Shown here: positions 17,237 through 27,557 of the stretch, piece after piece | Layout: every line of letters starts with the position of its first letter | Position numbering within the stretch: position 1 is the first letter of the stretch | Source: an uncultured Candidatus Saccharibacteria bacterium | GTDB lineage: Bacteria > Patescibacteriota > Saccharimonadia > CAILAD01 > GCA-016700035 | Direction of reading: 5' to 3' | DNA length: 64,000 nt | NCBI GenBank assembly: GCA_964391595.1 | Contig: CAYMMM010000001.1 | Location: 4,708 to 68,707, forward strand | Program-made: the position numbers and the translations under genes | The notes under the pieces: generated by a model | Told to the model about the DNA's origin: nothing | What the model saw: the letters and a program-made list of their open reading frames with translations, nothing else | Database searches by the model: none

Positions 17237-18324
17237 TTTGTCCTACTTACCAGGAAGTCAGTTAAAGCAATGAATTCATCACCGAGCCCGCCTGGGAGCG
17301 CAAGTTTACCGATAGCTTGCTTTGCTCGGGCGGCTTCTTCTTGTGCGAGAAAGGTTGTTTTTGCCTTTGCACCGTTTGCGCTGAGGATTTTGCGAACAAG
17401 TTTGAGATCAGATTGCGTGACATTTGGATTGCCAAAGAATTTCTTCAGAATGACAGATTGTGTCTCATCGGCAAATGCAAAGCCATAGTGCATAAGCAGT
17501 GTACGCTTGCCTTCACGCAAGTCCGAGATGATTGGTTTGCCGATTTCGCGCGCCGCACCAAACATGCCGAGTAAATCGTCAGTGATCTGGTATGAAACGC
17601 CAGCGTGGAGACCATACCGCTCTAAGATTTGTAGGATTGTTGGGTTGGCACCAGCCAAAATTGCTCCGCTACGAAGTGGTGTAACCATACTGTAGCGAGC
17701 TGTTTTGAGTATATAGATCTTTTTAATTTTTTCGATCTTGAGGTGCTGTTCGGTGCTGGCGAGATCGTCAAGCTGCTGTCCTCCGGCAAGTTGAAAGTGG
17801 AGTCGATTCAGTTCACCCTTGAGCTGACTACGAACCTCGAACTCCACCGGCATTGTATCTAGTACTTCGTGGCACATACCTAGAGCAATATCTCCAGCAA
17901 GGAGTGCCATGTTGCGAGCGTGTAGGCCCGTGTGCTCGTCAGTAAGTCGTCGTTTAAAGAGCCGGATATAAGAACCTGAAATATTTGGCCCGCCATAACG
18001 CTGATCGTCTTGATCCATAATGTCGTCGTGTATCACGGCAAATAGATGATAAAGTTCCCAGGCGACACCAAGCTGGATAGCCTCCTTCTCACGTTTGCCA
18101 CCCGCTACTTCATAGCCGAGTGCCACGAGATAAGGACGCAGGCGTTTGCCGCCGCGCAGACTAAATTTCTTAAGTTCGCTGATAAGCCGTCTGTACTGAC
18201 TATCGATTTTGCTCGCTTCAGTCAGTTTCTTATCCCAGAGCTTCGTCAGCTCGATATCGATACTAGTCTTGACCTGCTTAATGCGGTTCTGGAGTTGCTC
18301 AGTCGATGCTGCGTTTGTAGTCAT
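17233..18324 (-). CDS. crtE: Polyprenyl diphosphate synthase (GGPP synthase-like)
   Basis: 363 aa with both aspartate-rich motifs (HDDIMDQDD and QITDDLLG). It overlaps crtB by 4 nt. Confidence 0.8.
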   Translation of the reverse strand: MTTNAASTEQLQNRIKQVKTSIDIELTKLWDKKLTEASKIDSQYRRLISELKKFSLRGGKRLRPYLVALGYEVAGGKREKEAIQLGVAWELYHLFAVIHDDIMDQDDQRYGGPNISGSYIRLFKRRLTDEHTGLHARNMALLAGDIALGMCHEVLDTMPVEFEVRSQLKGELNRLHFQLAGGQQLDDLASTEQHLKIEKIKKIYILKTARYSMVTPLRSGAILAGANPTILQILERYGLHAGVSYQITDDLLGMFGAAREIGKPIISDLREGKRTLLMHYGFAFADETQSVILKKFFGNPNVTQSDLKLVRKILSANGAKAKTTFLAQEEAARAKQAIGKLALPGGLGDEFIALTDFLVSRTK

Positions 18325-19801
18325 GGTTTATCCGTTCTGCGACCAGCTTACCAGAAAGCGTCACCATCGGTACACCACTACCGGGATAGGTTGAAGCCCC
18401 GACAAAGTACAGGCCTTTGATATCGCGACTCACGTTGTGAGGTCGGAAGTAGCCGGATTGGAAAAAGTAGTGACTTAAGCCAAAGGCAGACCCATCGGTG
18501 AGATTGTATTTCGTGAGGAAGTCTTCCGGTGTGAAGACAGCTTCTGTCTTGATATGCTTCTTGAGATCTAGCTTCATAATAGTCTTCATGCGTTCGAGTA
18601 CGCGTGCTCGAGTTTTCTCGACCGCTGCATCCCAGTCGATGTCTGACTGCAAATTTGGTACAGGCACGAGTATGTAGAGTACATGCTTGCCCATCGGCGC
18701 CAAACTTGGGTCGGTTTTAGTCGGGATGTAGACATAAAACGCGGGGTCATCTGGGAGTTTCTTCTCATGGAAGATTTCGTTGAGATTGTGCTTGAAGTCA
18801 TCGGAGAAATAGACATTGTGATGGAGCATTTCTGGCAAGTCATGATCTACTCCCCAATAAAAAAGGAGTGCACTCGAGGCTTGCTTGAGCTTGGCAGTTT
18901 TTTTGTCAGACATTTTGGGTCGATGTTTGGCGTCCACAAGCTCGCGATATGAGTAGGTCAGGTCAGCGTTCGATATGACGATATCGCATTTGATGACTTG
19001 CTTATCCGTTAGCTCTACGCCCTGCACTTTGCCGTGATACACAAGAATCTGATTGATGGGTGTGTTGAGGCGTATGGTCACCCCTAGCTTCTCGCAGAGC
19101 TGCTGCAAGGCTCGTGGTAGCGCGTGCATCCCACCCTGCGGATACCATATACCTAGTCCCGTCTCCATATAGCTCACGACAGAATACACTGCAGGCGCTT
19201 CGTATGGGGTAACCCCGAGGTACATTGATTGGAAGCTGAAGAGTTGGCGCAGCCTCCAATCGGTGAAGTAACGAGAAACAAATGTGTATAGCTTGCTCAG
19301 TCCCCTGCCCTTGAGCAGTTCAATGCCAGCTGGCACATCAATAAAATCAGTCAGTTTGTCGAAGTTCTTGTCGATAAACTTCGCACGAGCGAGTCGATAG
19401 ATTTTGGCGACGTCAGCAAAGAAGCGATAAAACTGCTCGGGTGCCTTCTCATCTATGCGTGCGAGTTCTTTCGTGAACCGTGGGAGGTTTGAGCTCACCT
19501 CAATCGTCTCTCCGTCTGGAAACCACGTTTTGTAGTTTGGTTCGAGCTGCGAAAGCGAGACATAGTCGTCAAGATTTTCACCGCAATACGCGAATGTATC
19601 ATAGAGGACGTCGGTCATCATGAGGATGGTTGGCCCCATATCGAATGTGTAGCCGTCTTGCTTAATGACGTGAGCGCGACCACCTACAATAGATTCTTTT
19701 TCGTAGATTGTTACCTTATACCCATCGTGTGCCATGCGGGCTGCTGCACAGAGACCACCGATACCCGCACCAATTATTACCACCTGTTTCTGTTTCGTCA
19801 T
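18299..19801 (-). CDS. crtI: Phytoene desaturase
   Basis: 500 aa with an N-terminal FAD fold (VVIIGAGIGGLCAA) and CrtI-type architecture. It overlaps crtE by 26 nt. Confidence 0.85.
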   Translation of the reverse strand: MTKQKQVVIIGAGIGGLCAAARMAHDGYKVTIYEKESIVGGRAHVIKQDGYTFDMGPTILMMTDVLYDTFAYCGENLDDYVSLSQLEPNYKTWFPDGETIEVSSNLPRFTKELARIDEKAPEQFYRFFADVAKIYRLARAKFIDKNFDKLTDFIDVPAGIELLKGRGLSKLYTFVSRYFTDWRLRQLFSFQSMYLGVTPYEAPAVYSVVSYMETGLGIWYPQGGMHALPRALQQLCEKLGVTIRLNTPINQILVYHGKVQGVELTDKQVIKCDIVISNADLTYSYRELVDAKHRPKMSDKKTAKLKQASSALLFYWGVDHDLPEMLHHNVYFSDDFKHNLNEIFHEKKLPDDPAFYVYIPTKTDPSLAPMGKHVLYILVPVPNLQSDIDWDAAVEKTRARVLERMKTIMKLDLKKHIKTEAVFTPEDFLTKYNLTDGSAFGLSHYFFQSGYFRPHNVSRDIKGLYFVGASTYPGSGVPMVTLSGKLVAERINHDYKRSID

Positions 19802-19826
19802 AATGTTATCAATTATAATCTAGAGT

Positions 19827-20225
19827 ATGGCTTGGCTCTATACTCAATGGGCATATATCGTGATTTTATGCGTTTCACTGACGGGGCTCACGATACTAGA
19901 TTGGCGACACAACGCATTGCTTTGGAGAAGCGCTGCGAGCAAGCAAGCTACACTTGCGACACTCGGCTGCATGCTTGGGTTTTACCTCATTTGGGATTTT
20001 GTAGGTATTTGGCTTAAGATTTTCTCGACGAATCCGCGATATGTCGTAGGGGTCTACTTCTTCACGCGAGATTTACCGATTGAAGAAATCATCTTTCTTA
20101 CGTTGCTCACATATGTGATCCTATTAGTTGCGGCGTTTGTCGAGAGATTCTCATACAAGTCTCAAAGTAAGACGCATACTAGAAGGGCTAAGTCGAAAAT
20201 AAAGCATAAGCGAGGGCGTGTGTAG
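19827..20225 (+). CDS. Lycopene cyclase domain protein (CrtYc/CrtYe-like half)
   Basis: 132 aa and 3-TM, a small lycopene-cyclase-domain protein. It starts only 25 bp from the divergent crtI. Confidence 0.6.
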   Translation: MAWLYTQWAYIVILCVSLTGLTILDWRHNALLWRSAASKQATLATLGCMLGFYLIWDFVGIWLKIFSTNPRYVVGVYFFTRDLPIEEIIFLTLLTYVILLVAAFVERFSYKSQSKTHTRRAKSKIKHKRGRV

Positions 20226-20587
20226 TGCGATACACATATGTGCTCCTTGCCTGTGTATTTCTGTCCATCTCGTGGTTGATTGTACAGCGGCTGCAATATC
20301 GTGCATCGAAGAATATCCTAATTGTTACCACAATTTGCTACACGATGATGGTGGTGTTTAACACCTATCTGACCTCGCTCCCCATCGTGCAATACGATTG
20401 GCAAAAAGTGCTTGGTATCAAAATGATAAGCTGGCCAATAGAAGATTTAGCCTACTTGGTGGTAGGATTGTATATGTCCCAGGCCGTGTATCAGTATTGG
20501 CTCCAGCATTATGAAAAGAAGCAGCAAGCACAACCCGCGCAGCGCCCAACGGCAGCAGACAAGAAGCGTAACCCAGCCAACTCTTAG
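20225..20587 (+). CDS. Lycopene cyclase domain protein (CrtYd/CrtYf-like half)
   Basis: 120 aa and 3-TM, translationally coupled to the first half. Its C-terminal tail overlaps the next gene. Confidence 0.55.
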   Translation: MRYTYVLLACVFLSISWLIVQRLQYRASKNILIVTTICYTMMVVFNTYLTSLPIVQYDWQKVLGIKMISWPIEDLAYLVVGLYMSQAVYQYWLQHYEKKQQAQPAQRPTAADKKRNPANS

Positions 20588-20609
20588 TCAATCGCTCAGA
20601 GAAGTATTT

Positions 20610-22577
20610 ATGAGCAGTCGGCCGATTAGTTGGATTAATACTGCTGTACCTTTTGTAGTAGCGTATTTGATTGCTGGCGGCACGCTAGATCAGACGTTTC
20701 TAGCTCTCGCTACATATTTTCTCTTCCCGTATAACATTCTCGTGTATGGGGTGAATGATATTTTTGACTTTGAATCTGATATGAAAAATCCACGCAAGGG
20801 TGGTGTCGAAGGGAGTATCGTAGCCCCGGAACGACGTAGTATCGTCTGGCTTGCCATCGCACTGACGAGTCTGGTCTGGGGGGCGTGGTTGTGGCAGCTG
20901 CTCAAGCCAATTGAGATTGCTGCGATGCTTGTGGTTGGATTCTTGGCGCTGAGCTATTCGATCAAAGGACTTCGCTTTAAAGAGGTTCCTCTCCTTGACT
21001 CGATTAATTCTTCATTGCATTTTGTGGCGCCTGCATTTATTGGAGCATTAGTTGCGCCAAATCACCATGCGCTTGATTTGCCGCTGACTGCTTTTTTCTT
21101 CTGGGGTATCGCGAGTCATGCACTTGGTGCCATCCAGGATATCGAGCCTGATCGCGCGGCCGGCATTCGGTCTATCGCGACGCAATGGGGTGCCCGTCAA
21201 ACTATACGGTTTACGATTACTATGTATTTGTTGGCTTGTCTGAGTGTCATGTTTGTAGCTCCGCCAGTGTCGTTTCTAGCCACACTGTTAATCTCGCCGT
21301 ACGTACTCAATGCATGCTTTTTCTTGAAATATACCTCTGATGCACAGGCTGCCGAATATCGCCGGGCATGGACGAACTTCATGTGGTTGAATTTTATAGT
21401 CGGATTTTGGCTGACGCAATTGCTTCTTTGGACCTCAGATCCGTTTCAATTAGGACTCATGAAATATCAGATATTGCTGATCGTGAGTGTGTTGGTGAGT
21501 ATCGCACAGATGGGGCTCATCGCATACAACCTCGCACTTTTCCGACGTCCACAGACCACACGACTCGATGAATGGCCCCGTGTTTCGATACTGATTTATG
21601 CGTATAATCAGGCCGAAAATATTGCCAGCACCCTTCTGGCCGCGCTTGGTCAAAACTATCCTGATTTTGAAATAATTTTTACCGATCTTAACTCAGATGA
21701 CAACACCCTGAAGATTGCTTCTTCGTATGATGATCCAAAGTTACAGATTGAGAAAATCGACAAAATAAAGCCTGGCTGGAGTATACAGGCTTGGGCGTCA
21801 GATCAGCTCATGCGACGCGCGACTGGCGAATACGCAATCCTTGTGTCTGCTGATACGGTACTACACCCCAATGCACTGGCGCAAATCGCCAGCATTATGA
21901 CCGCTCAACGCTTACAACTCGCTTCCCTGCTCCCTGCTGATCAGAACAAATCATTCGCACAAAAAACGATATTAGCACACAATCAATACTTGCTCCTGGC
22001 TGCTTATCCAGCCGCGTACATGCAGCAACATTCTCCCGAGCGCTCGACTGTCCATGGCGGTGTCTTGGCGATGGCGGTAGATCCGGTACGAGAGCTCGGT
22101 GGTTTTGCGCTCATTAAGGCAAGCCCACTGGAAGAGCATGAATTGTTTCATCGTGCACGCCAGTTTGGACTAAAAGCCGGCCTCTTTAGGGCTAGCGACC
22201 TTGCTACAAGCCAGAATCACCTCGATATACGGTCGATTATCGCTGACGATATTCAGCGCATGTATCCTGCGTTAAGGTTCCACTTCCCTATCGCTTGGAT
22301 GTTGGCCTTGAGTGGCCTAACGATTTTTACAGGGCCACTGATTATTGCTGGCTATGCTCTCGCAACAGATAATCAAGCACTCCTCATGCTGGCACTTCTC
22401 GCATTATTCGCTCAATTGGTTACTCGTTGGATAGTAGCTTGGGAGAGTAAGCAAAATATGTTGGCGCAGATTCTTGCTCCGGCGACAAATGTTCTCGCGA
22501 TGGCTCTGATCTTAATATCCGTTCTGCAATATGAGCTGCTCAAGCCGCGTTGGCAAAATCGCACTGAGTTGGTATAG
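20610..22577 (+). CDS. UbiA-family prenyltransferase (lycopene elongase-like) fused to a GT2 glycosyltransferase
   Basis: The N-terminal half is polytopic with a UbiA Asp-rich motif (NDIFDFESD). The C-terminal half is a GT2 domain (VSILIYAYNQAENI...FTDLNSDDNT) followed by TM helices. The listed ORF start at 20511 is probably too far upstream; ATG 20610 (MSSRPISW) fits better. Confidence 0.6.
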   Translation: MSSRPISWINTAVPFVVAYLIAGGTLDQTFLALATYFLFPYNILVYGVNDIFDFESDMKNPRKGGVEGSIVAPERRSIVWLAIALTSLVWGAWLWQLLKPIEIAAMLVVGFLALSYSIKGLRFKEVPLLDSINSSLHFVAPAFIGALVAPNHHALDLPLTAFFFWGIASHALGAIQDIEPDRAAGIRSIATQWGARQTIRFTITMYLLACLSVMFVAPPVSFLATLLISPYVLNACFFLKYTSDAQAAEYRRAWTNFMWLNFIVGFWLTQLLLWTSDPFQLGLMKYQILLIVSVLVSIAQMGLIAYNLALFRRPQTTRLDEWPRVSILIYAYNQAENIASTLLAALGQNYPDFEIIFTDLNSDDNTLKIASSYDDPKLQIEKIDKIKPGWSIQAWASDQLMRRATGEYAILVSADTVLHPNALAQIASIMTAQRLQLASLLPADQNKSFAQKTILAHNQYLLLAAYPAAYMQQHSPERSTVHGGVLAMAVDPVRELGGFALIKASPLEEHELFHRARQFGLKAGLFRASDLATSQNHLDIRSIIADDIQRMYPALRFHFPIAWMLALSGLTIFTGPLIIAGYALATDNQALLMLALLALFAQLVTRWIVAWESKQNMLAQILAPATNVLAMALILISVLQYELLKPRWQNRTELV

Positions 22578-22620
22578 CGGATAATATCTAACACATGAAC
22601 GATTAATATCAGCGTGCGTT

Positions 22621-23547
22621 CTAGCGACGCGGGATCGCTGTTTTTATGCTCGTGTTGGGGTGATAACGATTCCAGACGAGAATGGCCAGGATATATACCG
22701 CGATACAAACACCCAAGGATACGAAGCTCGGTATGAGGAAATGACTGGCGATCTGTAGGCTAAGGTTGCCTGGAAGATTTTCATAAGTCATAGCACCATC
22801 ATTGCGTAAGGCGTACGGGATGCCCAAGCAGATAATGCTGATTATGAAGCTTTCGATTGCGAGTGCGAGGCTTGGAGCTTGCAGCATACTGACCTTCGTG
22901 AGCCGCGCAAATATTGTGTATAGCACTAGTGCGACAGTGAAGATTATGCTGAGTGCAATTTGGGCAAGACCGATGTTTTCATACAATGTCTTTGCGAGAG
23001 TGATTACTTTCTCAAACTCTTGTTGAGATGATTGTGATTGCGTGTCGGTTTGTGCGCCCTGTGCGCCGGTCAGCTGCTGCAAACTTGATAGTTTTATCTG
23101 ATCCGGTACTTGTTGCGTGAGGGTCGCTTTGAATAACGTAAGTTCTGCTTGAGGTAATCCATTCTGCTGAAGGGCGGCGATCAGATCATCCTTGATTGGC
23201 TTTATGACCAAGATAACATCAGGTGCAGGGGTATCTTTTGGTTGCTGAAACCAAGTGACAACATCAATGAGCGCAGGCTGAATGATCTGCTCGACTGCAT
23301 CATCAGTCACCGCCGTGTCGACGGATTTCTGGAAGATTTCTTGATCTTTTTCTGGCACTCGTTGAGATGAGACAATAGATGAGCGCATTTGATCGCTTAC
23401 TACTGCATATACCCCACCGTTTTTGAGAAGACGATTTGTGCTTGTGCCTGAATTAAAAATTGAGAGCATGACAAAGCTGCTGAGCAAGAACGGAAAACTC
23501 AAGACTATAAAAAAAAGACAGAGGCGGCGCAAGATTGTCATATTCAC
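22621..23547 (-). CDS. Membrane protein (hypothetical)
   Basis: 308 aa with N-terminal and C-terminal TM segments and a Q/S-rich middle region. Confidence 0.45.
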   Translation of the reverse strand: MNMTILRRLCLFFIVLSFPFLLSSFVMLSIFNSGTSTNRLLKNGGVYAVVSDQMRSSIVSSQRVPEKDQEIFQKSVDTAVTDDAVEQIIQPALIDVVTWFQQPKDTPAPDVILVIKPIKDDLIAALQQNGLPQAELTLFKATLTQQVPDQIKLSSLQQLTGAQGAQTDTQSQSSQQEFEKVITLAKTLYENIGLAQIALSIIFTVALVLYTIFARLTKVSMLQAPSLALAIESFIISIICLGIPYALRNDGAMTYENLPGNLSLQIASHFLIPSFVSLGVCIAVYILAILVWNRYHPNTSIKTAIPRR

Positions 23548-23607
23548 ATTGTGACGTGGTGGTTGAGGTCTGGCAAGACTCAGATCTAGAAAATACTAGA
23601 GATGAGT

Positions 23608-25974
23608 TTAAGATAAGTGGCCAGCGTTTAGCCAACGATGCACCTTTGAGAGAAATAAGTATCGGAGTGAGAAGAATTGCGCCGTGATTGCGGCACTTGC
23701 GATGGCGATTCCAAGAACCAGCCAATCAGGTCGAATGGGATCGAGGCCAAAGAATGATCTTAGTGGCGTAATTATGAAGATGAGCACCAGACCGCCACAT
23801 GCAATTAGGCAACTCCATATAACGCTCCTGTGATAGCGCGGTGAGTGAGTGATTCCCAGTGCGCGTGGTGCGATGAAAAGCAGATTCATGCCAAGAAGTA
23901 ATGTCGAAACAAAGACAGTCATTTGTACATCGATGAAATAAATCTCTGCCATCAGGTACGCAGTGATGGTTGCCGCTGACGTAATCATACCGTTTAGGAT
24001 TACAAAAGGCATGATTTGTCGCAAATAGCTTGGTTCAAACGCTGTTCTCTTTCTATTGCGTGGGTATAATGTCCAAATAAGGATTGGCAAGCCAATAATG
24101 AAGTAGTTTAAGACAGTAATATTGCGTGGCGTGAATGGATATGGTTCAACGGTGATAAACGCCAGCGTTAAGAGAGTCAGGCCCACTATAACCTTATTGA
24201 GGAAGAGTGCGCCAATTAGCTCCATCGTTGTAATGATTGAGTCGGCTAGTCGCACGCCTCGAGGAAGATCGGTAAATTCATTTTTCATTAATACGATATC
24301 GGCAACCGATCGGGTGATTTCGGCGCCGTCGAGCATGCTTATGCCAATGTCTGCTTTCTTAATCGCAAGTGCATCATTTGCTCCATCACCGACCATGCCG
24401 GTATACCCAATAGTCTGACAAGCAGTGATGAGTTGTGCTTTCTGATCTGGCGAAATACGTGCGAAAAGTGCATGGTCACGCACAACCGATATAAGCTCGT
24501 GAGGGCTTTTTTTACGCAGTTCATCGCCAGTAATTACTCTGTCAAATTGATTGTCTGAGGACAGCTGTAGCTGTTGTGCGACCGATAGAACGGCAGATTG
24601 GTGGTCTCCAGAGATAATTTTGATGGCAACCGAGCGTCTCTTGAAGAAGCGTAAGACCGGCTCGGCGGAGTGCTTAACTGCCTGCTCAAAGGCGATGATG
24701 CCTCGAATTCGTGCCTGGGCCTGTGCCATTGAAGAATCTTTAGGCATCGTTACGACTAATAGTACCCGTTTCCCGCTCCTTGCCAGTTCTTCGGAGGATG
24801 CATGTAGATTTGCGGGCAATGCGAGTGAGAGATGCTGGCAGATACTCTCTACAGCACCGATAGCAATGCGTTGAGTCGGGGTTTGTACGACGCCAAATCG
24901 TCTGTCACTTGAAAAGCTGGTGACCACCTCGCCCGTAGCGGCAGATTTTATGCCAAGCGCGCGAGACATGCTGCTGGTATGATCACTGATTGCAAAATAT
25001 TGCGTAGCAAGCGAAGTGACAGTCGAGACAGTATGGTTTTTTGCCGCTCGTACTTCGGCTAAGGTTACGTTAGATTCAGTGAGCGTCCCTGTTTTATCAA
25101 GGCACAAGATTTGTAACCGTGCTAATCCTTCGGCTGAATGAATGTGCTGTAGGAGCACTTGTCGGCGCAAAAGTTTGATTGCACCATATGCAAATAGCAG
25201 TGTGGACGCCAGGATAAGTCCCTCGGGGATTAAGCTGCCCGTGATAGCTGCAATTTGCTTGATGAGGGAAATCGCATCACCACCGATTAGGCGCTGCCGT
25301 ATGGTGAGTCCGATGACAGCAATAAGCAGTACATAGCTCAAGGTACTAATGATACCAGCAAGCGCACGCTGTATGGGTGTGCTGTGCCATTCGTGCTTCT
25401 TGACCTGGTTGGTCATGGTGCCCAGCTTGGTGTCTTGTCCAATTGCCTTTATGCGGATAACACCACTCCCCGCCGTGACGAAACTGCCGGCGTAGACTCT
25501 ACTAGCCCTGTTTTTCGCTAGGCTGATAGATTCTCCTGTTAAAAATGCCTCATTCACTTCGAGGCCTTGCTCGGATCGAACCACGCCATCAACAGGTATT
25601 TGGTCACCCCCCTGCACCTGTATGACTTCACCTGCCTGGAGGGCTTGTAGTGATACTTCTTGGAGTGTGCCGTCGGGTAGCACTTGTTTTGCTACTTTTG
25701 GCATGAGTTCCGAGAGCCGCTCGAGTATGCGACGAGCTCTGATTTCTTGGGCGATGCCGGTGATGACATTGATTGCTAATACGCTGGAAAGAAACAGTGC
25801 GTCGCGTGCCTCGCCAAACCACAAGAGCAACACAATAACGCTTCCCATCACAATGGTTACGAGGCTTACGGTGTGTCGCAGGATAATTGATCGAATATCC
25901 TGCCAATAGCTGTGACGATCTTGCCTCATCGCGTTAGCTGCCTGTGCGACATAAACATAGGCATATTGTAGCAT
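23608..25974 (-). CDS. P-type cation-transporting ATPase (type II)
   Basis: 788 aa with the DKTGTLT phosphorylation motif, the GDGANDA hinge and 10 TM helices. Confidence 0.85.
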   Translation of the reverse strand: MLQYAYVYVAQAANAMRQDRHSYWQDIRSIILRHTVSLVTIVMGSVIVLLLWFGEARDALFLSSVLAINVITGIAQEIRARRILERLSELMPKVAKQVLPDGTLQEVSLQALQAGEVIQVQGGDQIPVDGVVRSEQGLEVNEAFLTGESISLAKNRASRVYAGSFVTAGSGVIRIKAIGQDTKLGTMTNQVKKHEWHSTPIQRALAGIISTLSYVLLIAVIGLTIRQRLIGGDAISLIKQIAAITGSLIPEGLILASTLLFAYGAIKLLRRQVLLQHIHSAEGLARLQILCLDKTGTLTESNVTLAEVRAAKNHTVSTVTSLATQYFAISDHTSSMSRALGIKSAATGEVVTSFSSDRRFGVVQTPTQRIAIGAVESICQHLSLALPANLHASSEELARSGKRVLLVVTMPKDSSMAQAQARIRGIIAFEQAVKHSAEPVLRFFKRRSVAIKIISGDHQSAVLSVAQQLQLSSDNQFDRVITGDELRKKSPHELISVVRDHALFARISPDQKAQLITACQTIGYTGMVGDGANDALAIKKADIGISMLDGAEITRSVADIVLMKNEFTDLPRGVRLADSIITTMELIGALFLNKVIVGLTLLTLAFITVEPYPFTPRNITVLNYFIIGLPILIWTLYPRNRKRTAFEPSYLRQIMPFVILNGMITSAATITAYLMAEIYFIDVQMTVFVSTLLLGMNLLFIAPRALGITHSPRYHRSVIWSCLIACGGLVLIFIITPLRSFFGLDPIRPDWLVLGIAIASAAITAQFFSLRYLFLSKVHRWLNAGHLS

Positions 25975-26005
25975 GAGAGTGAATCGCTTCTGTTAGAATA
26001 AGCTT

Positions 26006-26728
26006 ATGGTAGATCGTATATCGAGTGATAAACCTAAGCTTCATATCTCACGCACACAATTAAGGCAAATGTGTGCGGTATATGAGCCAGGCGTTGGGTT
26101 AGATCCAGACAATTCAGAACGACTCAATCGCATTGATCGTGAGTTTCGAGAAGCGTTCAAGTTGCTCGAGGATATGCCGAAGAGTGTAAGTATCTTTGGC
26201 TCAAACGTCGTCACGGAGGGCAATCAATACTATGGTGAAGCGAGAAGGCTAGCTGCAAGACTAGCGCGCGAGCTACACTATGCGGTTGTGACTGGTGGCG
26301 GCCCAGGTATTATGGAGGCGGCAAATCGAGGTGCTGCAGAGGCGGGCGGGGTTTCAGTTGGTTTTACAATAGACATCGCACACGCCGAGCCGAGCAATGC
26401 GTATGCAAACCGCGAACTCCCCTTTCATTATTTCTTTACGCGCAAGGTGGCATTAAGTTTTGCTGCCAGTATGTATATTTTCTTCCCCGGGGGCTACGGG
26501 ACACTCGATGAGTTTTTTGAACTCATCACCCTAATACAGACTCGTAAGATCCAATCAATTCCTATCGTGTGCTTTGGGACAAGATATTGGCATCCCGTGG
26601 AGCGTTTGCTCGATACATACGCGCGTCAGGAGGGTTATATTTCTGATAATGATCTCGCACTTTTCACCGTTACTGATGATCTTGATGAGATCATTAGGCT
26701 GGCTCGTCAGGCGCCGCTGCGCGAGTAA
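26006..26728 (+). CDS. LOG-family protein (TIGR00730; cytokinin riboside 5'-monophosphate phosphoribohydrolase-like)
   Basis: 240 aa with the GGGPGIMEA and PGGYGTLDE motifs. Confidence 0.8.
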   Translation: MVDRISSDKPKLHISRTQLRQMCAVYEPGVGLDPDNSERLNRIDREFREAFKLLEDMPKSVSIFGSNVVTEGNQYYGEARRLAARLARELHYAVVTGGGPGIMEAANRGAAEAGGVSVGFTIDIAHAEPSNAYANRELPFHYFFTRKVALSFAASMYIFFPGGYGTLDEFFELITLIQTRKIQSIPIVCFGTRYWHPVERLLDTYARQEGYISDNDLALFTVTDDLDEIIRLARQAPLRE

Positions 26729-27527
26729 TGGCGCGTACGATCGCATGAAACATTCTCGGCTTGATCTCGTGCGGAGCAATTACTCGAGTGATGTGTGTGT
26801 GCGGCCGATCCCGAAATACATGTTTGAGATTGCTCGATAATACGACTTGATCGAGTGAGCCATACAGCACCTCGACCGGCAGCTGACTTGGGAGGTGTGC
26901 GATATCTTGGAGCGTGTCCTGTTCTTCGATCGTGCTTTTGAGCGAACTAACAACCGGATACCAGGTAGCTTGATCGAGCTTTGCTTGCACGCTGAGTGTC
27001 CGGGCATGTTTTAAGACATTGGCCGCTGAGCGTATAACCAAGTCGCGGGGTGCATTTCTGAGGATTTTATAGAAAGCTAGATAGCCTTGGTCAATGAGGA
27101 GCTCGAGTCGATCGCGGGCCGCCGTCCCCTCGCTTCGTCGATAGATCGGCATCGATACGAGCACGAGCTTACGTATCTTCCGCGGGTGTCTGGATGCCCA
27201 GTGTGAGGCTATAATGCCGCCCATCGAGTAGCCAACCACAATTTTCGGACCCCAGATCCCCTTCCAAAAGAGCGTCCAACGCAGAGAGCGGAGATGGGCT
27301 TCGACAGAATAATTGATATTTGTCGGTTTCGGACTTGCGCCGTGTCCGAGCAAATCAATCGTTACACATTGGTAGTCGCGCATGAGAGAATCAAGCGCGG
27401 GCTGCCATATTTCTTTGTATGAAGCAATGCCATGCAAAAAGATAATGGTTTGCTTACCACGACCATGTCGCTGGAGCTTGAGCAGGTATGGGAGTCTCAA
27501 TATTGTATGGAGTCGTGCTGGTAGCAT
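26694..27527 (-). CDS. Alpha/beta-fold hydrolase
   Basis: 277 aa with an HG oxyanion motif (IFLHGIAS) and a GYSMGG nucleophile elbow. Confidence 0.7.
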   Translation of the reverse strand: MLPARLHTILRLPYLLKLQRHGRGKQTIIFLHGIASYKEIWQPALDSLMRDYQCVTIDLLGHGASPKPTNINYSVEAHLRSLRWTLFWKGIWGPKIVVGYSMGGIIASHWASRHPRKIRKLVLVSMPIYRRSEGTAARDRLELLIDQGYLAFYKILRNAPRDLVIRSAANVLKHARTLSVQAKLDQATWYPVVSSLKSTIEEQDTLQDIAHLPSQLPVEVLYGSLDQVVLSSNLKHVFRDRPHTHITRVIAPHEIKPRMFHAIVRAITRAAAPDEPA

Positions 27528-27557
27528 ACTACTAGTATAGCTTAGGTTGGCTTGTCT

